A DNA stretch of 64,000 bases, taken from contig CAJXPR010000002.1 of assembly GCA_913058135.1 (NCBI GenBank), positions 12,119 to 76,118 of the forward strand, in the 5' to 3' direction. The position numbers and the translations under genes are program-made. Each line of letters begins with the position of its first letter. The stretch's first letter is position 1. The notes beneath the pieces were generated by a model, which was given only the letters and a program-made list of their open reading frames with translations, searched no databases and had not been told where the DNA came from. Shown here piece by piece: positions 26,964-37,183 of this stretch. The stretch is from an uncultured Gammaproteobacteria bacterium. GTDB lineage: Bacteria > Pseudomonadota > Gammaproteobacteria > Pseudomonadales > Pseudohongiellaceae.

Positions 26964-28226
26964 ATGCGCTCTTATTCCCTGTTATCAATATCTTTTCTGT
27001 CTGCGCTATTGCCGGTGCAGGCACTGGCGCAGGCAGACGACCAACAAACACTTCAGCAACAACTGAACCTGCTTAAGGCCGAGATCGCCCGTCTTGAAGC
27101 ACGCATAGCTGAGCAGGAACAGGCCTCCGCGGCTGACACTGAACCGACCACGCCCGAACGGTCAGACGGCATTCGGGTAGGCGGTGCAGTGCGAACCAAC
27201 TTCAGCCACACCTCCTACAACGAAGGCAACAAAAACCGGGGTGGCGACCTTCAGTTTGACATATTCCGGCTGAACCTGCACGGCGCAATCGGCGAGGTGT
27301 CACTGGATGCAGAAATCCGCTTTTTCGACTACATGACTGCCGTGAAATATGCCTATGTGGGATACCAGTTTCATGAAGACTGGCAAGTGCAGGCGGGCAT
27401 TACGCCGGTCCCGTTTGGCAACAAGCCCTACAACTCGCACAACTACTTTTTCAGCACCAACTATTATATCGGGCTGGAAGATGATCATGATCTTGGCATT
27501 GTTTTCCAAAGACTGCTGAGAGATAACTGGCAGCTGGATCTGGGCTTTCTGAAGAACGATGAGCTGGGTGGCATCGACGGTTATGTCAGCGATCGTTCGG
27601 ATCGCTACTCCTATGATGTTGTCGGCTATCGTCAACCTGGGAACGGATTGTATGACGCCCCTTCCCGAGCTCTCGGTGAGTACAACACCCTGGCTGGACG
27701 CTTCGCTTATCAACTACAGCATAACGAAGATAACTCCACCGAACTGGGGATGTCCGTGCTGGATGGCGGCCTGCATGATGAACAGAACCGTGCCGGCGGC
27801 TACCAGGCATGGGCAGTGCATGCAAACAGTTACTTTGGACAGTGGAATCTTCAGTTGCAGCATGGTGAATATCGGTACCGTGTCGATAACGCGAAACAGC
27901 TGGCAGTGGGCGCTTACGCGTTCTACGACACGATAGCAGCTGAGGCCAAAACCAGCACGTTTAACCTTGCTTACAGCGTACCTGTGACCTGGGGACCTGT
28001 AACTGGCTTACAGTTTTACAACAATTACGGGCTGATTCATGACAAGGTCGATGGCACCGCCAACACCATGATGAATGTGACCGGTGTGTCAGTTGCCGCC
28101 GGCGGCCTGTTTACTTACTTCGATCTGGTTCACGCGCGCAACCAGCCCTTCATCGGCGGCAGTATTGCCGGCGATAGTTCAGACACCGAACGCCGGTTCA
28201 ACATCAATATCGGCTATTATTTCTAA
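26964..28226 (+). CDS. Outer-membrane porin with an N-terminal coiled-coil segment (OprO/P-like)
   Basis: Signal peptide ...LLPVQALA|QA, coiled coil QQQLNLLKAEIARLEARIAEQEQ, alternating beta-strand pattern, terminal ...NINIGYYF. Confidence 0.75.
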   Translation: MRSYSLLSISFLSALLPVQALAQADDQQTLQQQLNLLKAEIARLEARIAEQEQASAADTEPTTPERSDGIRVGGAVRTNFSHTSYNEGNKNRGGDLQFDIFRLNLHGAIGEVSLDAEIRFFDYMTAVKYAYVGYQFHEDWQVQAGITPVPFGNKPYNSHNYFFSTNYYIGLEDDHDLGIVFQRLLRDNWQLDLGFLKNDELGGIDGYVSDRSDRYSYDVVGYRQPGNGLYDAPSRALGEYNTLAGRFAYQLQHNEDNSTELGMSVLDGGLHDEQNRAGGYQAWAVHANSYFGQWNLQLQHGEYRYRVDNAKQLAVGAYAFYDTIAAEAKTSTFNLAYSVPVTWGPVTGLQFYNNYGLIHDKVDGTANTMMNVTGVSVAAGGLFTYFDLVHARNQPFIGGSIAGDSSDTERRFNINIGYYF

Positions 28227-28242
28227 CGAGCGGAGTGTAACG

Positions 28243-29871
28243 TTGAACAAGAATACAGATCCCATGATCCCTGATGGCAACGTCAATGCCATTGATACGG
28301 ACTACCAGATTGGCCAGGACAATATCGTTGTCAAACTCGGGCCATTCGGACTGGACATTCATAATCGGGTGTTTCTGATTTCCGGGCTAAGCATTATTGC
28401 ATTTGTGATTTTTACGCTGCTGTTTCAGAGCCAGGCGGCACCGGCATTTACTTCACTGCGCGATATGCTGACCAGCAATCTTGACTGGTTTTTCCTGACC
28501 GCCGGCAATGTTTTTGTCGCACTGTGTGTGATATTGATTTTCACGCCGCTGGGCCGCGTTCGCCTTGGTGGCACCGAAGCGACGCCCGACTTCAGCTATC
28601 TCGGCTGGTTCTCCATGCTGTTTGCTGCGGGCATGGGTATCGGGCTGATGTTTTATGGCGTCTCCGAACCACTCAGCCATTTTAGTGCCGCCCTTGATGG
28701 CACCATGACCGCCGAAGGCATGCGCTCTGATGCGGCGCCGCTCGGCGGTGCCAGCGGCGCAGAAGCGGCGTCAGATCTGGCCATGGCAGCAACCATATTT
28801 CACTGGGCGCTTCACCCCTGGGCCATCTACGCTACCCTGGCGCTGGGGCTGGCACTGTTCAGTTTCAACAAAGGCTTGCCGCTCACCATCAGATCGGTTT
28901 TTTATCCGATACTGGGAGAACGCGTATGGGGATGGCCCGGGCACGCCATCGATATTCTGGCGGTATTTTCCACTCTGTTTGGCCTGGCGACCTCACTGGG
29001 CATTGGTGCTTCCCAGGCCAGCGCGGGACTCAACCATCTGTTTGGCTTTCCGACCGGCACGACCACTGAAGTTTTGCTGATTGTCGGTATTTCCAGTATT
29101 GCACTGGTGTCTGTGGTCGCCGGGTTGGAAGCCGGTGTCAAGCGTTTGTCCGAGGTCAACATGGTGCTCGCGGCTCTGCTGATGCTGTTTGTCATCATCG
29201 TCGGGCCGACACTGTTTATTCTGACGGGTTTTGTCGACAACCTCGTCAACTACCTGAAGCATCTGCCAGCACTTTCCAACCCGGTTGGTCGCGAAGACAC
29301 TGGCTTCCTGCACGGCTGGACGACGTTCTACTGGTCCTGGTGGATAAGCTGGTCCCCGTTTGTCGGTATGTTTATTGCCCGAGTGTCCCGCGGCCGTACA
29401 GTGCGTGAATTTCTGATCTCTGTATTGCTGATCCCATCGCTTGCCTGCACATTCTGGATGACAGTTTTTGGCAACACCGCCATCAGCCAGGTGGTCAATG
29501 AAGGTTATACCGTTGCGTCCGAATCGGAGCTGCCGTTACAGCTGTTTGCCATGCTTGATGCTTTGCCGCTGGTGCAGATCAGTTCGTTCATCGCCATCGT
29601 GCTGGTGATTGTGTTTTTTATCACCTCATCTGATTCCGGCTCACTGGTGATTGACACCATCGCGGCAGGCGGTAAAGTCAATGCACCAACCATCCAGCGG
29701 ATTTTCTGGTGCACATTCGAAGGCCTGGTAGCCATCGCGCTACTGCTTGGTGGTGGCCTGGCAGCCCTACAGGCAATGGCCGTGTCTACCGGTTTTCCGT
29801 TTACCCTGGTCTTGCTGGCAGCCTGTTATGCCATCGTCAGAGGCCTGATGTCGGAACCCCGGCCCGGTTAA
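28243..29871 (+). CDS. BCCT-family transporter (betaine/carnitine/choline type)
   Basis: Twelve TM segments and the Trp-rich BCCT signature region GWTTFYWSWWISWSPFVGMFIARVSRGRT. TTG at 28243 has GGAG 6 nt upstream. The ORF-track start at 28084 lies inside the porin gene. Confidence 0.9.
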   Translation: MNKNTDPMIPDGNVNAIDTDYQIGQDNIVVKLGPFGLDIHNRVFLISGLSIIAFVIFTLLFQSQAAPAFTSLRDMLTSNLDWFFLTAGNVFVALCVILIFTPLGRVRLGGTEATPDFSYLGWFSMLFAAGMGIGLMFYGVSEPLSHFSAALDGTMTAEGMRSDAAPLGGASGAEAASDLAMAATIFHWALHPWAIYATLALGLALFSFNKGLPLTIRSVFYPILGERVWGWPGHAIDILAVFSTLFGLATSLGIGASQASAGLNHLFGFPTGTTTEVLLIVGISSIALVSVVAGLEAGVKRLSEVNMVLAALLMLFVIIVGPTLFILTGFVDNLVNYLKHLPALSNPVGREDTGFLHGWTTFYWSWWISWSPFVGMFIARVSRGRTVREFLISVLLIPSLACTFWMTVFGNTAISQVVNEGYTVASESELPLQLFAMLDALPLVQISSFIAIVLVIVFFITSSDSGSLVIDTIAAGGKVNAPTIQRIFWCTFEGLVAIALLLGGGLAALQAMAVSTGFPFTLVLLAACYAIVRGLMSEPRPG

Positions 29872-29886
29872 CCCGGAAGCGCAATC

Positions 29887-31755
29887 ATGGCAGAGCCAAC
29901 TCTGGAAATAGAACAGATCGAAATCCTGAGCTTCCTGCAGCGCCACTCCCCGTTCAAGGAGTTGTCGCTACCGGAGCAAACCCTGTTGGCAACAAACACT
30001 GATGTTTGTTACTTCAAAGCCGGCAGCAAAATTCTTGAATACAACGCACCGCTGGATGCGCTGTATTTGATGCGCTCGGGGCTTGTGGAAACCTATCGGC
30101 GCAGTGGCACACTTTACAACCGACATTCAGAAGGCGGCATTTTTGCCGAACAGGGTTTGTTGCGCGGCAGGAAAGTACGCTTTCCGGCCATGGCTGTGGA
30201 AGATTCGCTTGTTTACCTGATTCCGGCCGATGTTTTCGACTCGGTATTTGAATCTAACGAAAATTTTGCCGACTACGTTGAAGTCGGCGACTCCGAGCGC
30301 CGCAAAGTCAGCGCACCCGACCGGGTGCCACCATCCACGTCAATGACCACCCGGGTAAGCGAGCTCATCAGCCAACCGCCGGTGCTGCTGGCTGATGATG
30401 CCACGATCTACGAGGCGGCTACCTTGATGCGGGATCAATCAGTCTCCTGTCTGCTGATCACTGCGAACGATGACAAGGCGCCGGTAACCGGCCTGGTAAC
30501 CGATCGCGACCTGAGAAACCGGGTGCTTGCTGAACGCGTCGACCCGGATACCCGCATCGGAAACGTGACCAGCTCGGAGCTGGTGACCGTGGCAGCAAAC
30601 AAATACGTATTCGAAGCGATGCTGATTATGCTGCGCAATAATGTTCACCATCTGCCGGTTATGGAAGATGGCAGACCAGTGGGCGTCATTGGCATTGAAG
30701 ACATCATTCGGCACGAATCGAACAACAGTCTTTATATTGTCAGCAGCATTTTCCGGCAACAAAGCGTCAGCGAGTTGGCTCAGCTAAAACCCTCAGTACA
30801 GGCCTGCTTTGTGCGCATGGTGAACGAAGATGCCAACTCGGAAATGATCGGCAGCGCCATGGCAACCATCGGCAGATCGTTTAAACAGCGCCTGCTGGAA
30901 CTTGCCGAACAAGAGTTGGGTCCTCCCCCGGTACCCTACTGTTTTATCGCACTCGGCTCCATGGCCCGCGATGAGCAGATGATCGTCACTGACCAGGACA
31001 ATGCCCTGATACTGTACGACAATTACTCGCCCAAAGAGCATGACGACTATTTCAAAGCTCTGGCAAAATTTGTTTGTAACGGTCTGGATGCCTGCGGCTA
31101 TCCTTACTGCACTGGCAATATTATGGCAACCAATCCGAAGTGGCGACAGCCACTGGCGGTGTGGCAGCGATACTTTAGCGACTGGATTACCAATCCTACG
31201 GCCGAAAAACTGCTGCATTGCAATATTTTCTTCGATATTGATGCCATACGTGGAGAGGCAGGGTTTGTTGGCAGATTGACCACCAGCATTGTTCAGATGG
31301 CGCCGGCACATAAACTGTTTCTCGCCTCCATGACCCGGAACGCTCTGCAACGCTCGCCACCATTAGGCTTCTTTCAGGACTTTGTCATGGAAGAAGACGG
31401 CCAGCATAGAAATTCCCTGAACCTCAAGCGCCGCGGCACCGCTCCTTTTACCGATCTGGTACGGGTACTGGCGCTATCAAAAGGCATCGCGGAACGAAGT
31501 ACCTATGGTCGGCTGAACGCGATCGCCAAAGCCAATATATTGCCTCTGGGCAGAGCAGCGGACTTTCAGGATGCCTTTGAAGTAATTGCCATGACCCGAA
31601 TCAAGCATCAGGCTTCCAATCTTGAACAAGACCTGGAGCCCGATAATAATGTCTTGCCGGAAAAGCTGTCGGAGTTCGAACGCAAAAGGCTCAAAGCCGC
31701 ATTCCAGGTGCTGGCCAATGCCCAGAAATTTCTCAAATTCCACTTTCAGGCCTGA
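29887..31755 (+). CDS. cNMP-binding, 2x CBS, DUF294 putative nucleotidyltransferase
   Basis: N-terminal cyclic-nucleotide-binding-like fold and tandem CBS (…VSCLLIT…, HHLPVMEDGRPVGVIGIEDI). Pol-beta NTase signature LGSMARDEQMIVTDQDNAL. C-terminal DUF294_C-like helical domain. Confidence 0.85.
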   Translation: MAEPTLEIEQIEILSFLQRHSPFKELSLPEQTLLATNTDVCYFKAGSKILEYNAPLDALYLMRSGLVETYRRSGTLYNRHSEGGIFAEQGLLRGRKVRFPAMAVEDSLVYLIPADVFDSVFESNENFADYVEVGDSERRKVSAPDRVPPSTSMTTRVSELISQPPVLLADDATIYEAATLMRDQSVSCLLITANDDKAPVTGLVTDRDLRNRVLAERVDPDTRIGNVTSSELVTVAANKYVFEAMLIMLRNNVHHLPVMEDGRPVGVIGIEDIIRHESNNSLYIVSSIFRQQSVSELAQLKPSVQACFVRMVNEDANSEMIGSAMATIGRSFKQRLLELAEQELGPPPVPYCFIALGSMARDEQMIVTDQDNALILYDNYSPKEHDDYFKALAKFVCNGLDACGYPYCTGNIMATNPKWRQPLAVWQRYFSDWITNPTAEKLLHCNIFFDIDAIRGEAGFVGRLTTSIVQMAPAHKLFLASMTRNALQRSPPLGFFQDFVMEEDGQHRNSLNLKRRGTAPFTDLVRVLALSKGIAERSTYGRLNAIAKANILPLGRAADFQDAFEVIAMTRIKHQASNLEQDLEPDNNVLPEKLSEFERKRLKAAFQVLANAQKFLKFHFQA

Positions 31756-31758
31756 GCT

Positions 31759-32487
31759 ATGCTGTACCTTGTCCCGGACAGAGAGATCGCGCCATCACTT
31801 GACTGGCATCAGCGTTTCCAGCATCTGGCGGCAACCTGCCCGTCGAAACTGCTACAAGCGTATTATCAGGCAGGTGCTGTTGCCCCTGACACCCCCATTG
31901 CCGAGACACCGCTGCTGGCGTTGGATCTGGAAACAACAGGCCTGAACCCGAACCTGCACGATATTATCAGCATTGGCCTTGTGCCGGTGTCGGGTAATAA
32001 CATTTACACGTCACAGGCCCGGCACTGGCTGGTCAAGTCACCTTCAGGCCTACCCGCAGATTCAGTGCAATATCACCGAATCACCCACGATGCTCTGGCC
32101 AACGCACCGGACTTACTGGAGATACTGCCCGGGTTTCTCGAACAGATTGCCGGCAAAATCCTGTTGGTGCATTGTGCAGACATTGAGCGCAAATTCCTGC
32201 ACAGCGCCCTGCTCACACGCCTTGGCACTGGCCTGGAGATCCCAGTCATAGATACCATGGCGCTGGAGGCCAGACTCCATCGCGCCCGGCCGCAAAGTTT
32301 ATGGCAGCGCTGGCGAAAGCAACCACAAACATCTATCAGGCTGGCGGCGAGCCGATCCCGCTACGGTTTGCCGGACTACCTGCCACATCACGCAGTGACC
32401 GATGCAATCGCCTGCGCCGAGCTGTTCCAGGCACAGGTCGCCGCCCGGTTTGACTGGCAAACTCCCGTTGCAGAACTATGGAGTTAA
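31759..32487 (+). CDS. DEDD 3'-5' exonuclease (DnaQ/epsilon-like)
   Basis: Exo I LLALDLETTGL, Exo II LLVHCADIERKFL, Exo III HHAVTDAIACAELF. It starts 3 nt after the DUF294 gene stop. Confidence 0.8.
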   Translation: MLYLVPDREIAPSLDWHQRFQHLAATCPSKLLQAYYQAGAVAPDTPIAETPLLALDLETTGLNPNLHDIISIGLVPVSGNNIYTSQARHWLVKSPSGLPADSVQYHRITHDALANAPDLLEILPGFLEQIAGKILLVHCADIERKFLHSALLTRLGTGLEIPVIDTMALEARLHRARPQSLWQRWRKQPQTSIRLAASRSRYGLPDYLPHHAVTDAIACAELFQAQVAARFDWQTPVAELWS

Positions 32488-32550
32488 AGCGTCTTCGCAC
32501 GGCTTTCTCTAAAAAAGCCAATCGATCCGGAAATTTTTGCGAACAGGTTA

Positions 32551-33771
32551 TCAGGCTGCCAGCGGTAGTTGGTAACCTTTTTCACGAAACAATTTGAGCG
32601 CTGCACTGGCAACCTGTACATCGTAAAGCCGTCCTGCGTTGTCCTCAATCTCTGCCAGCGCCTTGTCGATACCAAGCGCATGGCGGTACGGCCGGGAGGT
32701 AGCCATGGATTCGATAACATCCGCCACTGCAACAATACGTGCCTCCAGGAGAATCTCGTCGCCTTTAAGGCCACGGGGGTAGCCACTGCCATCAATACGT
32801 TCGTGATGCTGGTGCGCCACTTCAGCAATCGGCCATGGGAAGTCTACGTTTTTCAAGATGTCATAGCCATTGCCCGGGTGCGTCTGCAGTATCTGATACT
32901 CGCTCTCTGTCAGTCGTGTTGGTTTGGTCAGGTACTCTGCCGGGATGCTGATCTTGCCGATGTCATGAACCAGACCGGCAATTCGCAGCCCATACTGGGT
33001 ATCCGGGTCCAGCCCCATTTCTACTGCAATAGCGACGGCCAGGTCACCGACTCTCGATTCATGGCCCGCCGTATACGGATCGCGCATCTCCACCATCCGG
33101 GCAATACAGGTGACGGTGCCGAGGAAGGCCTTCTCCAGTCGCGCCGAGTATTCCTGAACCTGTTGTAGCGCGTGTTCTTCAACACTGATGTCATGCCAGA
33201 CGCCGACAAAACGACGCGGAGCACTGTTTTCCACTTCACGCACCTCATCGTGAATAAACAGAAAGGAGCCATTGCCATGTTGCACCCGGTAGTAATGTTC
33301 ACCGCCGCCCCGTTCGAAGATCGATTTCGCTTCAGTGACTGCACGCATTTGATCCTCCGGGTGCAGACTTTTGCTCCACCAGCCAGGGTCCAGCGCCTCG
33401 AGAACCGAGTACCCCAAAATACGGGACACATTTTCGCTGACCCACAATGGTCTGACGGAATAATCGTCGACCTCGACAGCATAGGTCACTACCGGAATCG
33501 ATTTAAAAAAATCGGGGACTTTGTAAAGAATCATCTGATCAACGTTGTCGCTGACACTGGCTTTGATTTCGCTGGAGTTGAGCTTCATCAGCAGCGCATA
33601 AAGCAGGGTGGACATCAACAGAATAAAGCCAATACCTTTGGCCACTGACACATCAAACGGCAGGGCGGCATCACCGATGAAATAGCCGACTAACCAGTCA
33701 CTGCTGACGATCCAGATTATACCGACCAATGCATACACCAGAACTAACCACTGGTACTTGCGTTTGTTCAT
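32551..33771 (-). CDS. HD-GYP domain c-di-GMP phosphodiesterase with N-terminal TM and PAS-like region
   Basis: HESRVGDLAVAIA, GLVHDIGKISIP, HHERIDGSGYPRGL (HD...GYP). Confidence 0.85.
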   Translation of the reverse strand: MNKRKYQWLVLVYALVGIIWIVSSDWLVGYFIGDAALPFDVSVAKGIGFILLMSTLLYALLMKLNSSEIKASVSDNVDQMILYKVPDFFKSIPVVTYAVEVDDYSVRPLWVSENVSRILGYSVLEALDPGWWSKSLHPEDQMRAVTEAKSIFERGGGEHYYRVQHGNGSFLFIHDEVREVENSAPRRFVGVWHDISVEEHALQQVQEYSARLEKAFLGTVTCIARMVEMRDPYTAGHESRVGDLAVAIAVEMGLDPDTQYGLRIAGLVHDIGKISIPAEYLTKPTRLTESEYQILQTHPGNGYDILKNVDFPWPIAEVAHQHHERIDGSGYPRGLKGDEILLEARIVAVADVIESMATSRPYRHALGIDKALAEIEDNAGRLYDVQVASAALKLFREKGYQLPLAA

Positions 33772-33987
33772 TTTTTCTCCGCATCCGAACGGATATTGGT
33801 TGTTGCGGCCTGCCGGACCGGCCGCATTTAGTCGGGCGGTATTGTATCACTTCTGTCACACTGGTTATGAAGCTATTGATATGTTGCTGACACTAAGACC
33901 CGGCCGGTTGAATTCAATGCGGCCACGGAAAAGATGAACGTTAAAAGTACCGCCACAGCCAGGTATTCCGGTTTCAACAAACGCCTG

Positions 33988-36513
33988 CTATTCATTTGCC
34001 TGGTGCTGTTCTTTCAGCTTTTCGAGAATGATGTCAGGCGGTTGGGGCCGACTGAAAAAGAAGCCCTGGAACCCCGTGCAGCCCAGATCCAGCAGCGCCT
34101 GCCACTGCTCGTTCTGCTCGATACCCTCCGCAATAACATCGAGTTTGAGCGACGCCGCCAACAACAGTATGACCTCTACTATCGAATGGGTTTCCGGGTC
34201 GGTCAGGAGCGTGTTTACAAAACTTCTGTCAATCTTCAGTTCATCAATTGGCAATTGCCGTATGTAGGACAGGGATGAATACCCGGTACCAAAATCGTCC
34301 AGAGAAAAACGGATCCCCATGGCCCGAAGTCGTCCCATTTGCCTGATATTGGCATCGATATTTTCTGCAAGAACGCTTTCCGTAACTTCGAGAATGAGGG
34401 CCGACGCCGGCAAACCCGTTGTTGCCAGTACGTTTGCAATCTTTTCGGGAAAGTCACACATCGCCAACTGGCTCTGGCTGATATTGACAGAGACAGTCCA
34501 GTCATCCATAGGAAACTGCGCGCGCCAGGTGCTCATTTGCCGACAGGTTTGCATCAGAATCTGATCGCTCAGAGGCACAATCAGGTTCTTTTTTTCGGCC
34601 AGTTCGATAAAACTGCCAGGGTTGAGTAGTCCACGTTCAGGATGGTGCCATCGGGCCAGCGCTTCAAACCCGTTTAACCGGCCATCCCGGTCCACCTTGG
34701 GCTGGAACCAGGGGACGATTTCGCTTTCTGCGGACAGGGCTTTATTCAGATCTGCAGTCAGTTGATGCTCCTCCAACAGCTCCTTTTGCATGGTGTCATC
34801 AAAAAGACTGATCTGGTTTTTACCCTTCTTTTTGGCGTCGTACATCGCAACATCGGCCATCCGCATTAACTCGCTGGCGGAGATGGAGTCATCATTAAAA
34901 AGTACGAAGCCCAGACTCGTTGAAATCGAAGGGGCGCGATCCAGAGCGCCGGTGGGCAGCGCAGCGGCGGCCAGCAGTTGCTCCGCCAAGTTGCTGACCT
35001 GTTTATACGCTGCATTGTAGTCACGGTGGGGGGTGGTGGTCACCACAAGAAATTCATCACCACCCAGCCTTGAGATCGAATGGCGATCTCCCAGAACATT
35101 GGCAAAGCGGTCCGAAATCTCAATCAACAGCCGGTCACCGTCGCGGTGGCCCAAGGTATCATTGATGGTCTTGAAATCATCCAGGTCGGTTAGCATGAGG
35201 GCGCCAAAACGTCCGGTTTCCGAACAACTGCGCAGACAGTCCTCCAGTTTTAAAGCAATCAGGCTGCGGTTCGGCAAGTTGGTCAGCGGATCGAAATATG
35301 CCAGATGTTCAATTTCTTCCTTATGCTGCTGCTGTTCCGTGATGTCCCTGACAATAGCAATAAATCGCGCGGGCTCGTCCTCCAGTGACACGTACTGCAA
35401 AAAGATATCGACCGGCAGATCGTGGCCGTCCTTGTGTCGATGAACTGTTTGAAAATTCAGCCGACGCACCTCGCCGTTTAGCAATGGGGCAATCATCTTT
35501 CTGAATTCGGCTTCCGGAAAAAGGGGTTTTACGTCATAGGGGTGCAACTTCAGAAGCTCGTTCGTCGTATACCCTAGCTGGTCAACGGCGCCCTGGTTGA
35601 CGTAGAAAAACTGGAGAGTCTGCGCATCAAACATAAAAACGCAATCCAGCGTGCTGTCCAGCGTCTTGCGGAATCGATTAAGACTTAGCCGGGCTGCCTC
35701 GCTGTCTGTGATGTCCTGCAAGGCGGCGACCAGCAAACGTTCGGATCCTACCTTGGTCTCTGTTACGGCTATCTGTAGCGTAAAAAGCGTGCCGTCGGCC
35801 TTGAGCCCCTGCACCGCCCGCAGGTTGCCCATGATTTTGCCAGGCGTTTCCCCCTCGGCATAAGCATGCATGAAGTCGGGGTGATGATGGGCCACCGCCG
35901 GAGGCATGAGTTTGGTGATGGTTTCACCGATCAGTTCGTTCTCTTTGTACCCGAACATTTTCTCAAATGCGGGGTTCACACTCTGGATGCGCCCCTGAAG
36001 ATCGGTCATCACAACGGCATCATAAAGCGTGTTCAAAATGGCACGGTTTATGTTGAAACTGTACTCAAGCGCACGCTGGCTCTGATCTTCGGAGTTGCCA
36101 GCGGCGATGAACTGCTCAGCCAGCTGGGCAATGCGGGGCAGAGACTCCTCTTTCGTATTGTCGGCCTGTTTTGGTGTGACGCTGAGCGCTACCAGCAGCC
36201 CTTGATGGTCACCTTTACCATTAAAGAGGTTGACGGCTTTCAGTGTCTTGGCCGTCACAAAGGTTGAGCGGGAGTTCTCACCGTTCAACAAGGCAACGGT
36301 TTCCTGCAGCTCAACCGTGACGAGCTCTCTCGTCTTCCTGTCTATCAGTTCTTCGGCGGCTTGCAGATAGGACCTTATTTCCGCCACGTCGGCGGGTGTG
36401 TGTATGACCGGCTCAAGCGAATTGTCCAGTACCAGAGCCAGCCATTTGTTGTTGCTGGTGCCGGCGGCAAGCTCAAACAGATCAGCAATCGCCTGCCTGA
36501 TTTTAAAATTCAT
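33988..36513 (-). CDS. PAS/PAC-GGDEF-EAL signalling protein
   Basis: Two PAS/PAC modules, RLGGDEFLV (GGDEF), LILEVTESVL and DDFGTGYSSLSY (EAL). ATG at 36513 is preferred (AGGTG 6 nt upstream); GTG at 36522 is the alternative. Confidence 0.9.
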   Translation of the reverse strand: MNFKIRQAIADLFELAAGTSNNKWLALVLDNSLEPVIHTPADVAEIRSYLQAAEELIDRKTRELVTVELQETVALLNGENSRSTFVTAKTLKAVNLFNGKGDHQGLLVALSVTPKQADNTKEESLPRIAQLAEQFIAAGNSEDQSQRALEYSFNINRAILNTLYDAVVMTDLQGRIQSVNPAFEKMFGYKENELIGETITKLMPPAVAHHHPDFMHAYAEGETPGKIMGNLRAVQGLKADGTLFTLQIAVTETKVGSERLLVAALQDITDSEAARLSLNRFRKTLDSTLDCVFMFDAQTLQFFYVNQGAVDQLGYTTNELLKLHPYDVKPLFPEAEFRKMIAPLLNGEVRRLNFQTVHRHKDGHDLPVDIFLQYVSLEDEPARFIAIVRDITEQQQHKEEIEHLAYFDPLTNLPNRSLIALKLEDCLRSCSETGRFGALMLTDLDDFKTINDTLGHRDGDRLLIEISDRFANVLGDRHSISRLGGDEFLVVTTTPHRDYNAAYKQVSNLAEQLLAAAALPTGALDRAPSISTSLGFVLFNDDSISASELMRMADVAMYDAKKKGKNQISLFDDTMQKELLEEHQLTADLNKALSAESEIVPWFQPKVDRDGRLNGFEALARWHHPERGLLNPGSFIELAEKKNLIVPLSDQILMQTCRQMSTWRAQFPMDDWTVSVNISQSQLAMCDFPEKIANVLATTGLPASALILEVTESVLAENIDANIRQMGRLRAMGIRFSLDDFGTGYSSLSYIRQLPIDELKIDRSFVNTLLTDPETHSIVEVILLLAASLKLDVIAEGIEQNEQWQALLDLGCTGFQGFFFSRPQPPDIILEKLKEQHQANE

Positions 36514-36656
36514 ACATCGCACCTGTCCTTATTATTTTTGTTCCTTACACTGGTGGCTGGCGGTGGATTCAGACTAAAAGGCACTGCTTGGCATTTTTAT
36601 TATGAATCACTATGCAAAATAGTATATCAGTCTGGATCGCCAGACTACTCATTTCT

Positions 36657-37121
36657 TTATGTCGCAGCAGTGCGCACCAGCAGCCGGCCCAGTATGGCCA
36701 GGATCGGGCCGCTCAGCAGGAAACCGTAGTCCCAGAGCGGGTTTGGCTCCCATCCCCTGACGTGATGGATCCCAAGCAAGTGATGGTTTATAAGCCCTTC
36801 GGTGAAATTGAAGATACCCCAACCGATCAACATCAGTCCAACCAGCCACACAACCCGAGGCAGCTCCGTCGCGCGACGCGCACCCTCCCAAATCAGGAGC
36901 ATACCAGCGAGGGTCGCAACCCAGACAAATGCGTGGAAAAGCCCATCCCACAACATGTTGGTATGCATTGCATCGAGCGTCGCTGGCGGAAGTACCGTGG
37001 AAAGCATGTTGTGCCAGCGGAGTATCTGATGGAGCACAATCCCATCAACAAAACCTCCCATTCCTATGCCTGCAATAATCGCTCCGATCCGAGCAAGTCG
37101 CAGATCCTCATTTGTAGACAT
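36657..37121 (-). CDS. DUF2243 membrane protein
   Basis: GFVDGIVLHQILRWHNML...LWDGLFH...NFTEGLINHHLLGIHHV is the characteristic DUF2243 motif set. Confidence 0.8.
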   Translation of the reverse strand: MSTNEDLRLARIGAIIAGIGMGGFVDGIVLHQILRWHNMLSTVLPPATLDAMHTNMLWDGLFHAFVWVATLAGMLLIWEGARRATELPRVVWLVGLMLIGWGIFNFTEGLINHHLLGIHHVRGWEPNPLWDYGFLLSGPILAILGRLLVRTAAT

Positions 37122-37183
37122 TTATAACCTCCTTGTGAATACGGCGCACATCCTGCGCGGGCCTGCCTATCGATGCGGGATGT

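Noticed and set aside
28084-28242. Upstream extension of the BCCT ORF (track start 28084)
   Set aside because: The extension overlaps the 3' end of the porin gene in another frame. A TTG with a well-spaced GGAG at 28243 lies just after the porin stop.
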